Virus record (IMG/VR): IMGVR_UViG_3300043464_002149
Source: a virus
Taxonomy: Duplodnaviria; Caudoviricetes
Length of the DNA stretch: 64,000 nt
Reading direction: 5' to 3' (one strand)
Each line of letters opens with the position of its first letter. The first letter of the stretch is position 1. Of this stretch, positions 51,901 through 59,558 are shown in pieces. Both the position numbers and the translations under genes were made by a program. Under the pieces are notes generated by a model. The model was not told the DNA's origin and ran no database searches. It saw nothing but the letters and a program-made list of their open reading frames with translations.

Positions 51901-52041
51901 TGCTATTTGTGAAAGGTTTAAACCGGTGACACCTGAGGCTTGAATCCCAGATAATCCCGAACCATCACCAATAAATGAACCAGTAAAGGCTGAGGCTGTG
52001 ACAGACCCCGAAATATTGAGTAACGAACCGTATAATTCCAT
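45958..52041 (-). CDS. Giant tail fibre protein (2027 aa)
   Basis: Ser-rich repeats; C-terminal YDLG...WRNVYTNDLHLSN...DGTNGNWTIQEG...FKISL domain recalled from phage fibres. Confidence 0.8.
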   Translation of the reverse strand: MELYGSLLNISGSVTASAFTGSFIGDGSGLSGIQASGVTGLNLSQIASGDATASITTSGFTVNKNTQIQGNLSVTGALIANEYIVSSSVIYMTTSFASGSSAFGNDNNDVHQFTGSVQITGSISLNGQAIGTGKLDETTFQSYTSSNNNRVSSLETSSGSLNSFTSSINTTIKSKLDSDNVISGSVQVNITGTTGYSTFSSSISNSFDSLSSSVATTTSGLTSTISSLSSSVATTTSGLTSTITSLSSSLTSSIGSLSSSIATIDLNQDNRLTALETSSGSLNSFTSSINTTIKSKLDNDGVISGSSQILNGSNLVSSSAQVTAYGFATTGSNLFKGTQTHSGSILPSVDNTYDLGSTEYQWRDVYISSGSLYIDGTKVLSSTAQELTITTDSGQSIKILEGTTDSIILQTADGDIELKSSADGDILLDPTNGKIMLKGPVEVLSGQKIQSSVGGTPVVFANDIVVSGSIDLTGTVDGIDLQSLSSSLNTKIGSIETTTGSLNSYTSSNTTNINAIHTATGSLNSFTSSTNTKLGVIESTTSSLNTFTSSTNTRLGNIETSTGSLNSFTSSAGVRLSSIESTTSSLNSYTSSTNSRLNNIETSTGSLNTFSSSANTRLSLLETASGSIRTDFNSYTSSNNTTNNTQNSRLTALETTTGSLNTYTSSNITNINAIHTATSSLNSYTSSTNTRLSTIETSTSSLNTFTSSAGSRLTSIETSTGSLNSYTSSNNTNINAIHTSTSSLNTFTSSINTTIKNKLNTDDVISGSAQVSLTQTTGYNTFSSSLATTDLGQDNRLTSIEGKTGSYATTGSNVFQGSQTITGSLFISQNLIVGGSSSINFVSQSTLNIGTNLITVNAQNPETRFGGLAVIDSGSSPTVSGSMLFDSINDQWIFVHQNQSTVTSSVLLMGPQSINSLGSELYPTTNKILKSVNAEHVGDSNITDTGTKVSVNSNTEITGSLIVAGGNKITVNATGGDEGGEILLGKATTNTTLSGEGVTIDVWQNRLRIFEQGGNARGAYLDISTLANGVGTNLNVTSNVSALESTTASLNSYTSSNNTAISSLNSYTSSNTTNINAIHTATSSLNSYTSSNNTVIGTLQATTSSLNSYTSSNTTNINALHTATSSLNSYTSSNNTNISAIHTATSSLNSYTSSNNTNISAIHTATSSLNSFTSSAGSRLTSIETSTGSLNSYTSSTNTRLGNIETATGSLNSFTSSINTTIKNRLNAEGVFSGSSQVSFNGITDKPTLVSGSSQIAFGSITGVPSGLVSGSSQVLAGTTIHSGSFFNGISVVSGSAQISFNGITDKPTLVSGSSQISFGSISGIPSGLVSGSSQIDLTATTNYSTGIKTRLNAEGVVSGSSQISYPSLSNIPSGIVSGSAQIVAALPSGTVSGSAQIIAGLPSGTVSGSAQITLSSTTGYGSVLNQAVLTSSSPTFAGLTNNGTYTQATTSTQPLTINGDSGDTNGLFRIQMDSVSDSFASGARTYLGDGGIDIFLGTSNSSYTPSNTYIALNHSGEISMGAGSANKHFTLSTSGNLTISGTIGASNFSGSSSGTNTGDQTLNSLGALSSNTDSEQVVGCHDVFWNYGSGVIKSDARWNESGYDGDLGTLHMYSTTAAGANYGRAGIALYNGSAYQYLTTKASTTGLFANNSLILTAGNYNSYALPLGGGTMTGVITTVSSGTAINFSGQSDSFGYNTTSGLGTYIKGTGSTYVYGGGAFYDGSTSRTLLHSGNFTSYAMSGAGYSANQNLNTNSNVTFNSVTGAITSSGNGDGNAPFRFGADYSGWMSIVAGAPGSNNGWGLFWAGNASAQYGTNGASGPGNIWGNSDNPNEYVFVGNGGSRMSIYGNNGNVWMGGDVRMDGSVGVGASPALKFHVRGSNEMVRFENTSTSADQYCQLNMRAGSRNGYIWIGNQNTSSWAGDGGLNIYTDFGNMDLWSNAVQRVRLQSDGHLRPFANNTYDLGTASFGWRNVYTNDLHLSNMGKPEGNDVDGTNGNWTIQEGAENLYIINNNNGKKFKISLEEII

Positions 52042-52057
52042 TAATTTATAGTTTAAC

Positions 52058-52065
52058 TATAAATA
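52058..52065 (-). promoter_or_regulatory. Putative late-promoter motif TATTTATA upstream of the 2027-aa fibre gene
   Basis: Recurrent intergenic motif, 16 nt upstream of the ATG. Confidence 0.45.
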
Positions 52066-52095
52066 TTAACAGAACTGATTAGGGTAGGGATTATT

Positions 52096-52923
52096 TTAAC
52101 AAACAGTACAGCCGGGGTCATAATTGTATAATTGACACCCATAACCACAATCATAGTATTTTTCGAATCTTGTTCTAAAGAATTGATAATTTTGTAAAAT
52201 CTCAGCGTTCGTTAATTCTACATCATAAATTACAACTGCGGCCACTCTAACATAAGCATTTTCGATAGTTAAATTTGAATTCATTGCTATAGTCATTCTT
52301 TGTACTGCACTCTGACTAAATCCCCCACCAATTGAGGCAGATGCTTCTTGTAACCCATTAACGTGAACAAATGCGGTGTTATTTTGTGTCCATTTATATG
52401 AAATTATTCTATATGGATCATTTGCGGCTTTTATACTGGTTGTTGGGTATAGACCACCAACACCACCATAAGATGCTCTCCACCATAAACCATGTTTTGA
52501 TTCATCACATGATGCTAGTGTAAAAAAATCACTATAATCGTTATTTACACTACTACCATCGTTAAAACTAACCAATCTACTACAACCACCAAAATTGGTG
52601 TTGTTAATACTTGACATCATTATCATCACCGTACCGGCCGCACCTACATTGTGTGAAATACTTCCCGCCCTTGTGGCATAATCGTTTGAACCACTAAATT
52701 GGAAAGCAGTTGCTCTATTATAAACACCATATACTGGACTATTAACTAATGTGAAATCGTAACCATTTCCACTTAAATCATACCAAATATTCCCATTACC
52801 GGGATATGAATTACCGTTTTGAGCATCCAAATAAAGCATCATACCTCTTCTAACGATTGACGTTGAATTGATTAATCCTGTCTCTATATTATCTAATATG
52901 TTTCCACCTACATCAAACGGCAT
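52096..52923 (-). CDS. LamG/concanavalin-like protein with Cys-rich tail
   Basis: LYLDAQNGNSYPGNG..WYDLSGNG; ends DCGYGCQLYNYDPGCTVC. Confidence 0.75.
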   Translation of the reverse strand: MPFDVGGNILDNIETGLINSTSIVRRGMMLYLDAQNGNSYPGNGNIWYDLSGNGYDFTLVNSPVYGVYNRATAFQFSGSNDYATRAGSISHNVGAAGTVMIMMSSINNTNFGGCSRLVSFNDGSSVNNDYSDFFTLASCDESKHGLWWRASYGGVGGLYPTTSIKAANDPYRIISYKWTQNNTAFVHVNGLQEASASIGGGFSQSAVQRMTIAMNSNLTIENAYVRVAAVVIYDVELTNAEILQNYQFFRTRFEKYYDCGYGCQLYNYDPGCTVC

Positions 52924-52935
52924 ATTTTTTCTTTT

Positions 52936-53652
52936 TTATCTACCAAATCGAACTCTTTGAGAGGCAAAGTCTTGTATAACTTGTGCATCACTAAAAGCAA
53001 CGTTATATACTTTAGCATTTGCGATTATACCCGCAAATCTTGCCGCCCAACTACCACCTATTATATCAATTGGGTTGTTATTACCGGATGGTGAACTACC
53101 AGCACTAAGGTCTTTTATACCATTTACATACATATCCATTGTTGTATTGGTTCTATTAACCCAAGTTAAGTGTTGCCATAGATTATTATTTACTGTTGTC
53201 GATCCTATTAATCTAAACCACCCACCACTATATGACCAATAAGATATTCTACCAGAATTTATTCCTATTGACGAATACACAGGACCACCGCTTGAATTAC
53301 TGAATATTGCACCGGCACCTAAACCATCTGCGGATGTTCCAGTTCTAACCCACGCTGATATTGTCCAAGCAACATTACCATTACCTAAATTAAATGTAGT
53401 CATCATACCATAATCATCACCACCGTCAAAACTAAGTTGACCACCTGTTGTGGTACTATAAGTTGGCCCATTATATAATGTTATAGTTCTGCCGTTTCCA
53501 GTTAAGTCAGTCCAACTACTTCCACTACCCGGATATGAAGTAGCGATTCCAGCATCCCAATAATATAATAATCCACTTGTGATTACTGACGAATCATTAA
53601 GTAGTTTTACACCTAAGGAATTTAATTCATTACCACTTAAATTAATCGGCAT
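52936..53652 (-). CDS. LamG/concanavalin-like protein
   Basis: YWDAG...SYPGSGSSWTDLTGNG, WTISAWV, WQHL, FAG.I...VYN. Confidence 0.85.
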   Translation of the reverse strand: MPINLSGNELNSLGVKLLNDSSVITSGLLYYWDAGIATSYPGSGSSWTDLTGNGRTITLYNGPTYSTTTGGQLSFDGGDDYGMMTTFNLGNGNVAWTISAWVRTGTSADGLGAGAIFSNSSGGPVYSSIGINSGRISYWSYSGGWFRLIGSTTVNNNLWQHLTWVNRTNTTMDMYVNGIKDLSAGSSPSGNNNPIDIIGGSWAARFAGIIANAKVYNVAFSDAQVIQDFASQRVRFGR

Positions 53653-53653
53653 A

Positions 53654-53905
53654 TTATAATCTGTTTAATTCACTATTTGTCCATTCTTCAGTTGCAAGAA
53701 TTTCCAAAATTTCAAAATTATAGTACTCTCTAGACTTAGTTAATAAATCATTAACACATTCAGGCATAACCCCTTCATATTTAACAAAGGTTTTATTACC
53801 GTCAACTGATTTACGTAACGTTTCTATCGAATCTTCTTTCACTTCATTAAAATTGATTTTATCAGCTTCTGAAAAATCAAATATTACATATTTTAATTCA
53901 CTCAT
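53654..53905 (-). CDS. Small fibre-adjacent phage protein (83 aa)
   Basis: TLRKSVDGNKTFVKY...EILEILATEEW; lies directly after a fibre gene. Confidence 0.6.
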   Translation of the reverse strand: MSELKYVIFDFSEADKINFNEVKEDSIETLRKSVDGNKTFVKYEGVMPECVNDLLTKSREYYNFEILEILATEEWTNSELNRL

Positions 53906-53906
53906 T

Positions 53907-56900
53907 TTAATGTACTTTTTTTGCTGGTGCTATTGATGGATCAACTTCTTGTAATAAGAATTTGAACACTTTATTTGTTTTATTATTATATATAAATAAA
54001 TCTTCTTCTCCTTCCACAATTGTATAATCACCAATTCCGTTTGACATCGATAAGTCAGAAGTAAATACTGTATTCCATCTTGAGGAGGATGAACCTAAAT
54101 TATAAGTTGAATTAGCTTTAGGTATGATGCTTCCATGTGTGTGTAATCCTCCCTCAACCCACATGTCAACTCTTCTATCTGATGAACCACTACTGGAAGA
54201 CATACCAACAATATTTAACGAATTTACTTGGTGATATCCCACAGATATTTGTGCGGAATTTGTTTCTTTACCACTATTAGCACCTCCAAAAATAATTCCG
54301 TTTGCACTAATTTTCATATTAGCGGTTGGTGTGTCTACCGTAACCGCCTGATGTACATTTAATACACCGTTGTTGTTAATTGTAAATAAGTTTAATGTAT
54401 CGGCCTCATTGTTGAACCTATAACCATGAGTCGCGTTTCCTGTAAAATATGCACTACCGCTACCTAATTTATAAACCCCATTAACTGTTAATGAACCCGT
54501 ATCAAACACGGAACCAGATGCATCTCTTTTCATATAGAACATTCTATACCATGCTGAACCATTGTTTACATAAAATTCAAAATCATGTGGTGAACCCGCA
54601 GCCGTTTGTATTGCACCATATTCAACACCCCCTTTAGCAAATCTTAGGTCATTATCAGTTGAAGTATTTAGGCTATCTAATCTAAGTGCAAAACTAGTAT
54701 TACCATCATTCTTAAATGTTGCATTATTTGTTGAATTTAGTGAAGATGATAGTGTTAAACCAACAAAAGTGGGACTATTACTTGTACCTAAATTTTGGTT
54801 GATGGTATATGCGGTAATATTACCTGCAGTTGTTGCACTGGTTGCTGTTCCAGCACTATCAGCATAACCCGCATAAATTTTATACCAAGAACCCCATGTG
54901 CCCGCCTCTCTTGTTCTAAAAGAAAAATATCTGTCCGATGAATTATATCTCGGAATTGCCATTTGCATTGCATATTGTGAATATGTATAATCATTACCTA
55001 ATCCAAGAGAAATACCATAAAACTGACCAGAACCTGTACCCGGCCCATTAGTTGTTCCCTGTATGAAATATGGACCATATACACTTACCGAATCAAAGTC
55101 AGTTGGGCTTCCGTGATTTCTACCTCTATTATTAAAAATTTGATTTATTGTTAATCCTTCTAAACCGCTTGAGTTTGATGCTAATGTTGCGGTAGCCGCA
55201 TTACCTGTTATATTTGTTTGGTCTCCGGTATTTGTTCCAGATAAATTAGCCGCACTTAAATTACCGGCAAATGTTGCGGTAGCATTAGAAGATATTGTTA
55301 ATACATCGTTACCATACGTCCATGAATATATTTTCATGTTATCTTCACCTGACCCATTACCCACTCTAATTTGCCATTGTTTAGCACCAGATGCCCCCCA
55401 AGTATTTGTTCCAACTTGAAATCTAATGTGTGCTTGATTTATACCACTAACTAATGTTCCACCATATTGAGTTCCTGGGGTTGTGCTAGTATTATAAAAA
55501 TGACTTTGTACAAATGGTTCATCAATTCTTGAATAACCAACACTTAATAAACCAGTCATTGTACCACCACCCAATGGTACTGAATATGATGAATAGTTAC
55601 CTGCGTGTAAAATAGCATTACTATTAAAACTGAAATTATCTCTAGCAACAGTGAATATAGATGTAAATGTTGCTGAACCACCAATGGTCGCCCCAGAGAA
55701 CACGTTTAAATCCATACCACCACCAGAAGTATTGAAATTTAAGTACGCACCAGTAGTACTTGTTGCTTGCCATCCACCATTAAAAAACGCACCTCTACTT
55801 ATAATACCACTATCTGATGTTATAAAAATACCATTTGCGGTTGATCCAAATAATGCTACAGTTTGATAGTTTGTTGTACTTGGTTTATTGAATGTATAAT
55901 ATGATGTACCTGAAACAGTTAACCCGGCTGATGATGTTATTCCTGGTGCTGTTAGTGCTCCAGTCATTGTATCACCGGCCTTTTGTACAAAAGTTGATGT
56001 TAATTGCGCAGAACCTGAAACTATACCACTTGGAATACTAGATATACTACTATATGTTATTTGGCTTGAACCGGATACCAAACCAGAAGGAATACTACTT
56101 ATTGAACCAAATGTTATTTGTGAAGAACCAGACACTAAACCAGAAGGTACACCGGTTATACCACCAAATGATATTTGTCCTGAACCTGATACAACAGTTA
56201 TTCCATTAAAGAACGAACCAGAGTGTATTGTTGTTCCGGCAAGTACTTGTGAAGAACCTGATACAGTTCCAGCAGGTAATGCTGAGACAACTTGTGCTGA
56301 ACTTGATAATACGTTTTCAGCATTCAATCTTGTTTTAATACCTGAAGAATAGTTTGTTGTTGCAGTTAAGTCAATTTGTGCTGAACCAGAAACAATTCCA
56401 CTAGGGATTCCTGATATACCACTATATGTGATTTGAGATGAACCAGAAACAATACCACTTGGTATGTTTGATAAACTTGGGTACGATACTTGTGAAGATC
56501 CAGAAACAATACCACTTGGCACATTACTTAATCCTGTATATGATACTTGTGAAGAACCAGACACCAAACCTGAAGGTACCCCCGATACTGAACCAAATGA
56601 AACTTGACTTGATCCTGATAATACGCCTTCAGCATTCAATCTATTTTTAATTGTTGTGTTGATTGAACTTGTAAAAGTATTTAAACTACTTGTACTAGTT
56701 TCAATCGCGTTAACTCTACTATTATTGCTTGATGTATATGAATTAAAATCTGTTCTAATACTTCCACTAGCAGTTTCTAAAGAACTTAATCTTGATGATG
56801 CTGATGACGTAAATGTATTTAAAGAACCTGTTGTACCTTCTATAACACCAAGTCTTGTATTGTTAGATGATGTGTATGAATTCAAACTTGCCGTTGCTGT

Positions 56901-59507
56901 TTGAATTGCATTAATATTTGTTGTATTAGATGATGTGTAACTGTTTAATGAGTTAACTGAAGATTGTATTGTTGTAATGTTTGTTCCACCAACTGTACCC
57001 GTTACAACCAAACCACCAGTAATTTCAGTATTTGAATTAATTGATACTATTGTACCATTGTCACTAATATTACTGTCACCAAGGTGTTCAGAATTGATTG
57101 ATTTGACTACTCTGTTTGTTGTAGGATAAATTTCAGAACCCAAACTGTCAAAACTTTCAGGACCCATTAACACAACGGAAGAAGTTGTTGGACTACCTGC
57201 AATTGCCTGGTGAACAAATATCCATTGGTCGTTTGTTGAATCAAATAACATTGATCCAGATACTTGCGGCGAAGATCCACTATCAATAACACTTAATCCA
57301 CCAAATCTTATATTTGGATTCTGTGCATTTACTGTAATGATATTATCAGCGATGTTTACCACCGAAGAACTAATATGTTGAATCGAAGATGAACCAGCGA
57401 TAATTAAATCTTGTGAAACAAATAATGAACCGGTAATAATTTGATTACCTATAAAGGTGTTACTACCAGTAGTTGCGTAACTACCTGTCTTTCCTTCAAT
57501 AGAACTTAATCTATTATCTTGTCCTAAATTATATGTTGCAACAGATGTACTTAAGTTATTTGTTGTTGTAGCAACTGAACTTGATAAAGCACCAGCGCTA
57601 CTTGAAATTGAAGAACTAAATGTTGAATATCCTGTTGTATCCGTAATATTAATTTGAACAGAACCAGATATTACACCTTCAGTATTTAATCTATTTTTAA
57701 TAGTAGTGTTAATAGAACTAGTAAAAGTATTTAAACTGCTAGTTGATGTTTCAATTGATGTTAATCTACTACCAGCACTTGAGGTAAAACTATTTAAACT
57801 TCCACTACTTGTTTCAAGATTTGATAAACGAGTGTTGGCAGAAGATGTAAATGTATTTAAAGAACCTGTTGTTGTTTCAATAACACCAAGTCTTGTATTA
57901 TTAGATGATGTATATGAATTTAATGAAGCTGTAGTTGTTTCTATTACACCTAATTTAGTATTTGTACTAGATGTAAAAGTGTTTAAACTACTTGTTGTAG
58001 TTTCAATAGCCCCCAATCTTGTGTTTGTACTTGAGGTAAAACTATTTAAACTTCCAGCACTAGTTTCAAGATTAGAAACCCTTGTATTAATAGAAGAACT
58101 AAAATCAGTTAAATTAATTCCTTCAATTGTTCCAGTAATATCAATAGAACCAGATACAACAATATCACTTGCAAAAACAACTGGTGTTCCGTTAACTGAT
58201 GATTGAATCTTATTTCCGTTTAAAATTTCAACGGCACCTTTCAACATGATTTTACCATTTGTTGGGTCTAATAAGATATCACCATCGGCATTTGATTTTA
58301 ATTCAATATCACCGTCAGCTGTTTGAAGAATGATTGAATCTGTACCACCTTCTAAAATCTTAATTGATTGGCCATTATCGGTTGTGATTTGTAATTCTTG
58401 TGCAGTACTACTAATAACTTTGGTTCCGTCGATGTAAAGAGATCCAGAAGAAATATAAACATCTCTCCATTGATAATCTGGGCTACCTAAATCATATGTA
58501 TTATCAACAGAAGGTATAATTGAACCAGATAATGTTTGAGTTCCTTTAAATAAATTAGATCCAGTTATAGCAAACCCATAATTGGTTATTTGAGTAGAAC
58601 TTGAAACAACATTAGAACCATTTAATATTTGTGATGAACCAGATATAACACCATCAGCATTAAGTTTATTCTTAATTGTTGTATTAATTGATGATGTAAA
58701 TGAGTTTAAACTAGAAGTAGATGTTTCAATAATTCCCAATCTTACATCATTACTAGAAGAATAGGAATTTAAACTACTTGTACTTGTCTCAATCGCGTTT
58801 AATCTATTATTGGTACTCGAACTGAATGTATTTAAACTTCCTGTTGAAGTTTCAACTGTTGTTAATCTATTATTAACTGATGAACTAAAACTGTATAAAC
58901 TAGCTGTTGCGGATTCAATTGAATTAAATCTACCGTTTGCACTACTTGTAAATGTGTTTAAAGAACTTGTTGTTGAATCAATAACATTTAATTTATTTTC
59001 TAAACTATTTGTATAATTGTTAAGACTTGATGTAAAAGTTTTAATTGAACTTGAAAATAAAGCAAATTCAACTTCATTCACAAAAGAAGCATCTAATGAG
59101 GAACTAAATGATTCTAACGAACCTACTCTTGAATTAAATGAAGAACTATGGCTAATATAAGATGTTGTAAACGAATTATATGAACTTGTTAAACCATTAA
59201 AATCTGACGTTGCAACTTTATAAGATGAGGTATATGTTTGAAATGTTGTTTCATCCAATTTACCTGTACCAATTGCTTGTCCATTTAGTGTGATTGAACC
59301 AGTAATATTAACTGATCCAGTAAGTGTATGGGTATCATCAAATGTGTTACCAAAGGCTGTAGACCCCGATTCAAAAATTACTGATGATGTGGTGATTGAA
59401 GTATGAAGTTCATCTACCGTTAATGTTCCCCTAACCCTTAAATCCTGCTCAAAATCGGCAGAACCGGACACAATAAGTCCGTTTTTAACTTTAAATTCGT
59501 TTGCCAT
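53907..59507 (-). CDS. Giant tail fibre protein (1866 aa)
   Basis: Starts MANEFKVKNGL; Ser-rich repeats, knob-like module, and C-terminal YNLG...WNTVFTSDL...YTIVEGEEDLF domain homologous to the 2027-aa C-terminus. Confidence 0.8.
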   Translation of the reverse strand: MANEFKVKNGLIVSGSADFEQDLRVRGTLTVDELHTSITTSSVIFESGSTAFGNTFDDTHTLTGSVNITGSITLNGQAIGTGKLDETTFQTYTSSYKVATSDFNGLTSSYNSFTTSYISHSSSFNSRVGSLESFSSSLDASFVNEVEFALFSSSIKTFTSSLNNYTNSLENKLNVIDSTTSSLNTFTSSANGRFNSIESATASLYSFSSSVNNRLTTVETSTGSLNTFSSSTNNRLNAIETSTSSLNSYSSSNDVRLGIIETSTSSLNSFTSSINTTIKNKLNADGVISGSSQILNGSNVVSSSTQITNYGFAITGSNLFKGTQTLSGSIIPSVDNTYDLGSPDYQWRDVYISSGSLYIDGTKVISSTAQELQITTDNGQSIKILEGGTDSIILQTADGDIELKSNADGDILLDPTNGKIMLKGAVEILNGNKIQSSVNGTPVVFASDIVVSGSIDITGTIEGINLTDFSSSINTRVSNLETSAGSLNSFTSSTNTRLGAIETTTSSLNTFTSSTNTKLGVIETTTASLNSYTSSNNTRLGVIETTTGSLNTFTSSANTRLSNLETSSGSLNSFTSSAGSRLTSIETSTSSLNTFTSSINTTIKNRLNTEGVISGSVQINITDTTGYSTFSSSISSSAGALSSSVATTTNNLSTSVATYNLGQDNRLSSIEGKTGSYATTGSNTFIGNQIITGSLFVSQDLIIAGSSSIQHISSSVVNIADNIITVNAQNPNIRFGGLSVIDSGSSPQVSGSMLFDSTNDQWIFVHQAIAGSPTTSSVVLMGPESFDSLGSEIYPTTNRVVKSINSEHLGDSNISDNGTIVSINSNTEITGGLVVTGTVGGTNITTIQSSVNSLNSYTSSNTTNINAIQTATASLNSYTSSNNTRLGVIEGTTGSLNTFTSSASSRLSSLETASGSIRTDFNSYTSSNNSRVNAIETSTSSLNTFTSSINTTIKNRLNAEGVLSGSSQVSFGSVSGVPSGLVSGSSQVSYTGLSNVPSGIVSGSSQVSYPSLSNIPSGIVSGSSQITYSGISGIPSGIVSGSAQIDLTATTNYSSGIKTRLNAENVLSSSAQVVSALPAGTVSGSSQVLAGTTIHSGSFFNGITVVSGSGQISFGGITGVPSGLVSGSSQITFGSISSIPSGLVSGSSQITYSSISSIPSGIVSGSAQLTSTFVQKAGDTMTGALTAPGITSSAGLTVSGTSYYTFNKPSTTNYQTVALFGSTANGIFITSDSGIISRGAFFNGGWQATSTTGAYLNFNTSGGGMDLNVFSGATIGGSATFTSIFTVARDNFSFNSNAILHAGNYSSYSVPLGGGTMTGLLSVGYSRIDEPFVQSHFYNTSTTPGTQYGGTLVSGINQAHIRFQVGTNTWGASGAKQWQIRVGNGSGEDNMKIYSWTYGNDVLTISSNATATFAGNLSAANLSGTNTGDQTNITGNAATATLASNSSGLEGLTINQIFNNRGRNHGSPTDFDSVSVYGPYFIQGTTNGPGTGSGQFYGISLGLGNDYTYSQYAMQMAIPRYNSSDRYFSFRTREAGTWGSWYKIYAGYADSAGTATSATTAGNITAYTINQNLGTSNSPTFVGLTLSSSLNSTNNATFKNDGNTSFALRLDSLNTSTDNDLRFAKGGVEYGAIQTAAGSPHDFEFYVNNGSAWYRMFYMKRDASGSVFDTGSLTVNGVYKLGSGSAYFTGNATHGYRFNNEADTLNLFTINNNGVLNVHQAVTVDTPTANMKISANGIIFGGANSGKETNSAQISVGYHQVNSLNIVGMSSSSGSSDRRVDMWVEGGLHTHGSIIPKANSTYNLGSSSSRWNTVFTSDLSMSNGIGDYTIVEGEEDLFIYNNKTNKVFKFLLQEVDPSIAPAKKVH
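56000..56640 (-). repeat. 19-aa VSGS[SA]Q-x6-[IV]PSG[IL] repeats (similar block at about 47780-48400)
   Basis: Visible in the translation, e.g. VSGSSQVSYTGLSNVPSGI repeated. Confidence 0.8.
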
Positions 59508-59558
59508 ATTATATTAGTTTCACTGTCCACTAATGTGTTACTAATAAATACTTACTTT

